Virus record (IMG/VR): IMGVR_UViG_3300030708_002507
Span: 1-48,358 of that record
Reading direction: 5' to 3' (one strand)
Source of the DNA: a virus
Lineage: Duplodnaviria > Caudoviricetes
DNA length: 48,358 nt
The notes under the pieces are model-generated. The model made no database searches, was not told where the DNA came from, and worked only from the letters and a program-made list of their open reading frames with translations. How positions within the stretch are numbered: the stretch's first letter is position 1; the number at the start of each line of letters is the position of its first letter. Below are positions 47,084 to 48,358 of the stretch, piece after piece. A program made the translations under genes and the position numbers.

Positions 47084-48358
47084 CTACTTGTCTCCAAGTC
47101 CGCCAATTCCTAACAATTGATTGATAGGTGCAAATAATCCTGTTAATTTATATGTTTTTCCTTTATATATAAATACTATACCTTCTGTTGGCACTAATTT
47201 TTCAAATCCACCTAAATCTTCAATTCTTTTTAATTCAAATTTTAATTTTTCAAGTGACGCTAAATCCTTAGATTTCTGTATGACTTTGATTTTTGCAGCT
47301 ATTCTTCTTCTAATATCTTTAACTGCTTTATCAGGAACTACTGATAAATAATCTGATATATTTGCTAATATTTCAACTCCTAATTCTAAAAATATTTTTT
47401 CAAAATTATATACATTTTGTTTATTTTGTTTTTTAAAATTTGTTTTATCAAAATCTTTTATTCGAGATAATATATCTGCATCAGGTATATTAGTTCTATT
47501 TAATCTCATTGACTTATCAAAATATCCCCAACGTTTTAACAATCCAAATTTTATATCATCTGTAGTATCTGGAAACAATTGTTCTATTTTTTCTTTCCAC
47601 CACATTTCATGCCACATTATCAATTCATCAGAATCTTTCAATTTATATTGTTTTTGTAATTCATTTACTTTATCAATAAAATATTGTTCCTTTTCTTCAA
47701 AATCAGGTAATTGATTTAATGTTAATATTTTAGGTGGAATGATTTCAAATTGTTTTTGTATATTAGCATTTACATCTGCTATCATTCTTTGTAATATTGG
47801 AGCAAATTCAGGATATGAATCTGTTTTAGTTGCTGTATCTAAATTAAATTCGTCAACGCCATGAAATTGAATATATGCCTTAGGTCCATACATTACAACA
47901 TTTTGAGTTCCTGGATAAATAATTTCTATATTTAAAAATCTTGATCCATTTCTAAATATTTCAAATAATTTATCTTTTGGTATTTTTAATAATGCTCTTT
48001 CTAAATCTTGCATTGCAAACGTAAATGCATTTTCTATTTCACCTCTACCAGCAAATTTTGATTTTACAGCATCAATATCCATTGGTGTTCTAATAGTAGT
48101 TTTATTTCTAGCCGCTCCAACTTTACCATCTTTAAATGTTACTGCTAAATTTTGTCCATCTGTTTTTTCTTGAACACCTGCTTCAATATCTAATTTACCT
48201 TCTAAAGATAATCTTATCATTTGTTTCATATCTGCAAATGTAATATCTCTATCATCGAATGGATGGTTCATATGACCTGCTGCTCCTCCTTCTGTTAACA
48301 ATTCTATTGCAATTGATTCACCTAATGTTTTAGGTTTAGGCTGCGGTACAATTCTAAA
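47084..48358 (-). CDS. Ligase-like nucleotidyltransferase-fold protein (5' end lies beyond the window)
   Basis: EKTDGQN (motif I KxDG), NIEII, EGIVF (motif IV) and YKLTG (motif V). The frame stays open to the window edge (FRIVPQPKPKTLGESIAIELLTEGG). Confidence 0.6.
   Translation of the reverse strand, partial: FRIVPQPKPKTLGESIAIELLTEGGAAGHMNHPFDDRDITFADMKQMIRLSLEGKLDIEAGVQEKTDGQNLAVTFKDGKVGAARNKTTIRTPMDIDAVKSKFAGRGEIENAFTFAMQDLERALLKIPKDKLFEIFRNGSRFLNIEIIYPGTQNVVMYGPKAYIQFHGVDEFNLDTATKTDSYPEFAPILQRMIADVNANIQKQFEIIPPKILTLNQLPDFEEKEQYFIDKVNELQKQYKLKDSDELIMWHEMWWKEKIEQLFPDTTDDIKFGLLKRWGYFDKSMRLNRTNIPDADILSRIKDFDKTNFKKQNKQNVYNFEKIFLELGVEILANISDYLSVVPDKAVKDIRRRIAAKIKVIQKSKDLASLEKLKFELKRIEDLGGFEKLVPTEGIVFIYKGKTYKLTGLFAPINQLLGIGGLGDK

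Noticed and set aside
1135-47351. All plus-strand ORFs in the track (e.g. 1135-1440, 8669-9016, 21682-22032, 34853-35185, 42145-42534)
   Set aside because: Each lies antisense to well-supported minus-strand genes, lacks a recognisable motif, and has composition typical of shadow frames.
1-48358. Stop-codon reassignment (alternative genetic code)
   Set aside because: Core genes are full length under code 11, and TAA, TAG and TGA all end genes at sensible positions.
1-48358. tRNA genes, CRISPR arrays, introns/inteins, homing endonucleases, DGR
   Set aside because: Intergenic gaps are short and AT-rich with no cloverleaf or spaced repeats. Terminase, helicase, RecA and NrdJ have normal lengths, and no reverse transcriptase is seen.

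Overview
This is a 48 kb segment of a large, AT-rich myovirus with a T4-like head, and every credible gene lies on the minus strand. In transcription order (right to left) it holds: a ligase-fold protein cut by the window edge, a holin, large terminase, portal, prohead proteins and protease, a ribosomal protein bS21 homolog, scaffold and gp23-like major capsid protein, a variable fibre/decoration island, neck, tail terminator, sheath and tube, a tail chaperone with a probable programmed frameshift, tape measure and baseplate genes, a replication block (divergent PolA, PD-(D/E)xK nuclease, gp32-like SSB, RecA/UvsX, 5'-3' exonuclease, DnaB-like helicase), class II RNR, and queD-queE-folE (7-deazaguanine pathway). 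Two promoter-like motifs recur: a Bacteroidota-like TT(T/A)G(G)-N17/18-TTAT(A/T)(A/T)T (8 copies) and ATATTTAT(A/T) (14 copies). Main leads: (1) bS21 with Bacteroidota-type promoters yet about 20 GGAG Shine-Dalgarno motifs, a possible translation-initiation switch; (2) a +1/-2 frameshift cassette (U7 run plus GC hairpin); (3) a PolA with substituted steric-gate and motif B/C residues; (4) enzymes with putative prohead-protease propeptides that may be virion cargo; (5) 35-bp DNA repeats in a fibre gene. All calls come from reading motifs by eye; no searches were run.
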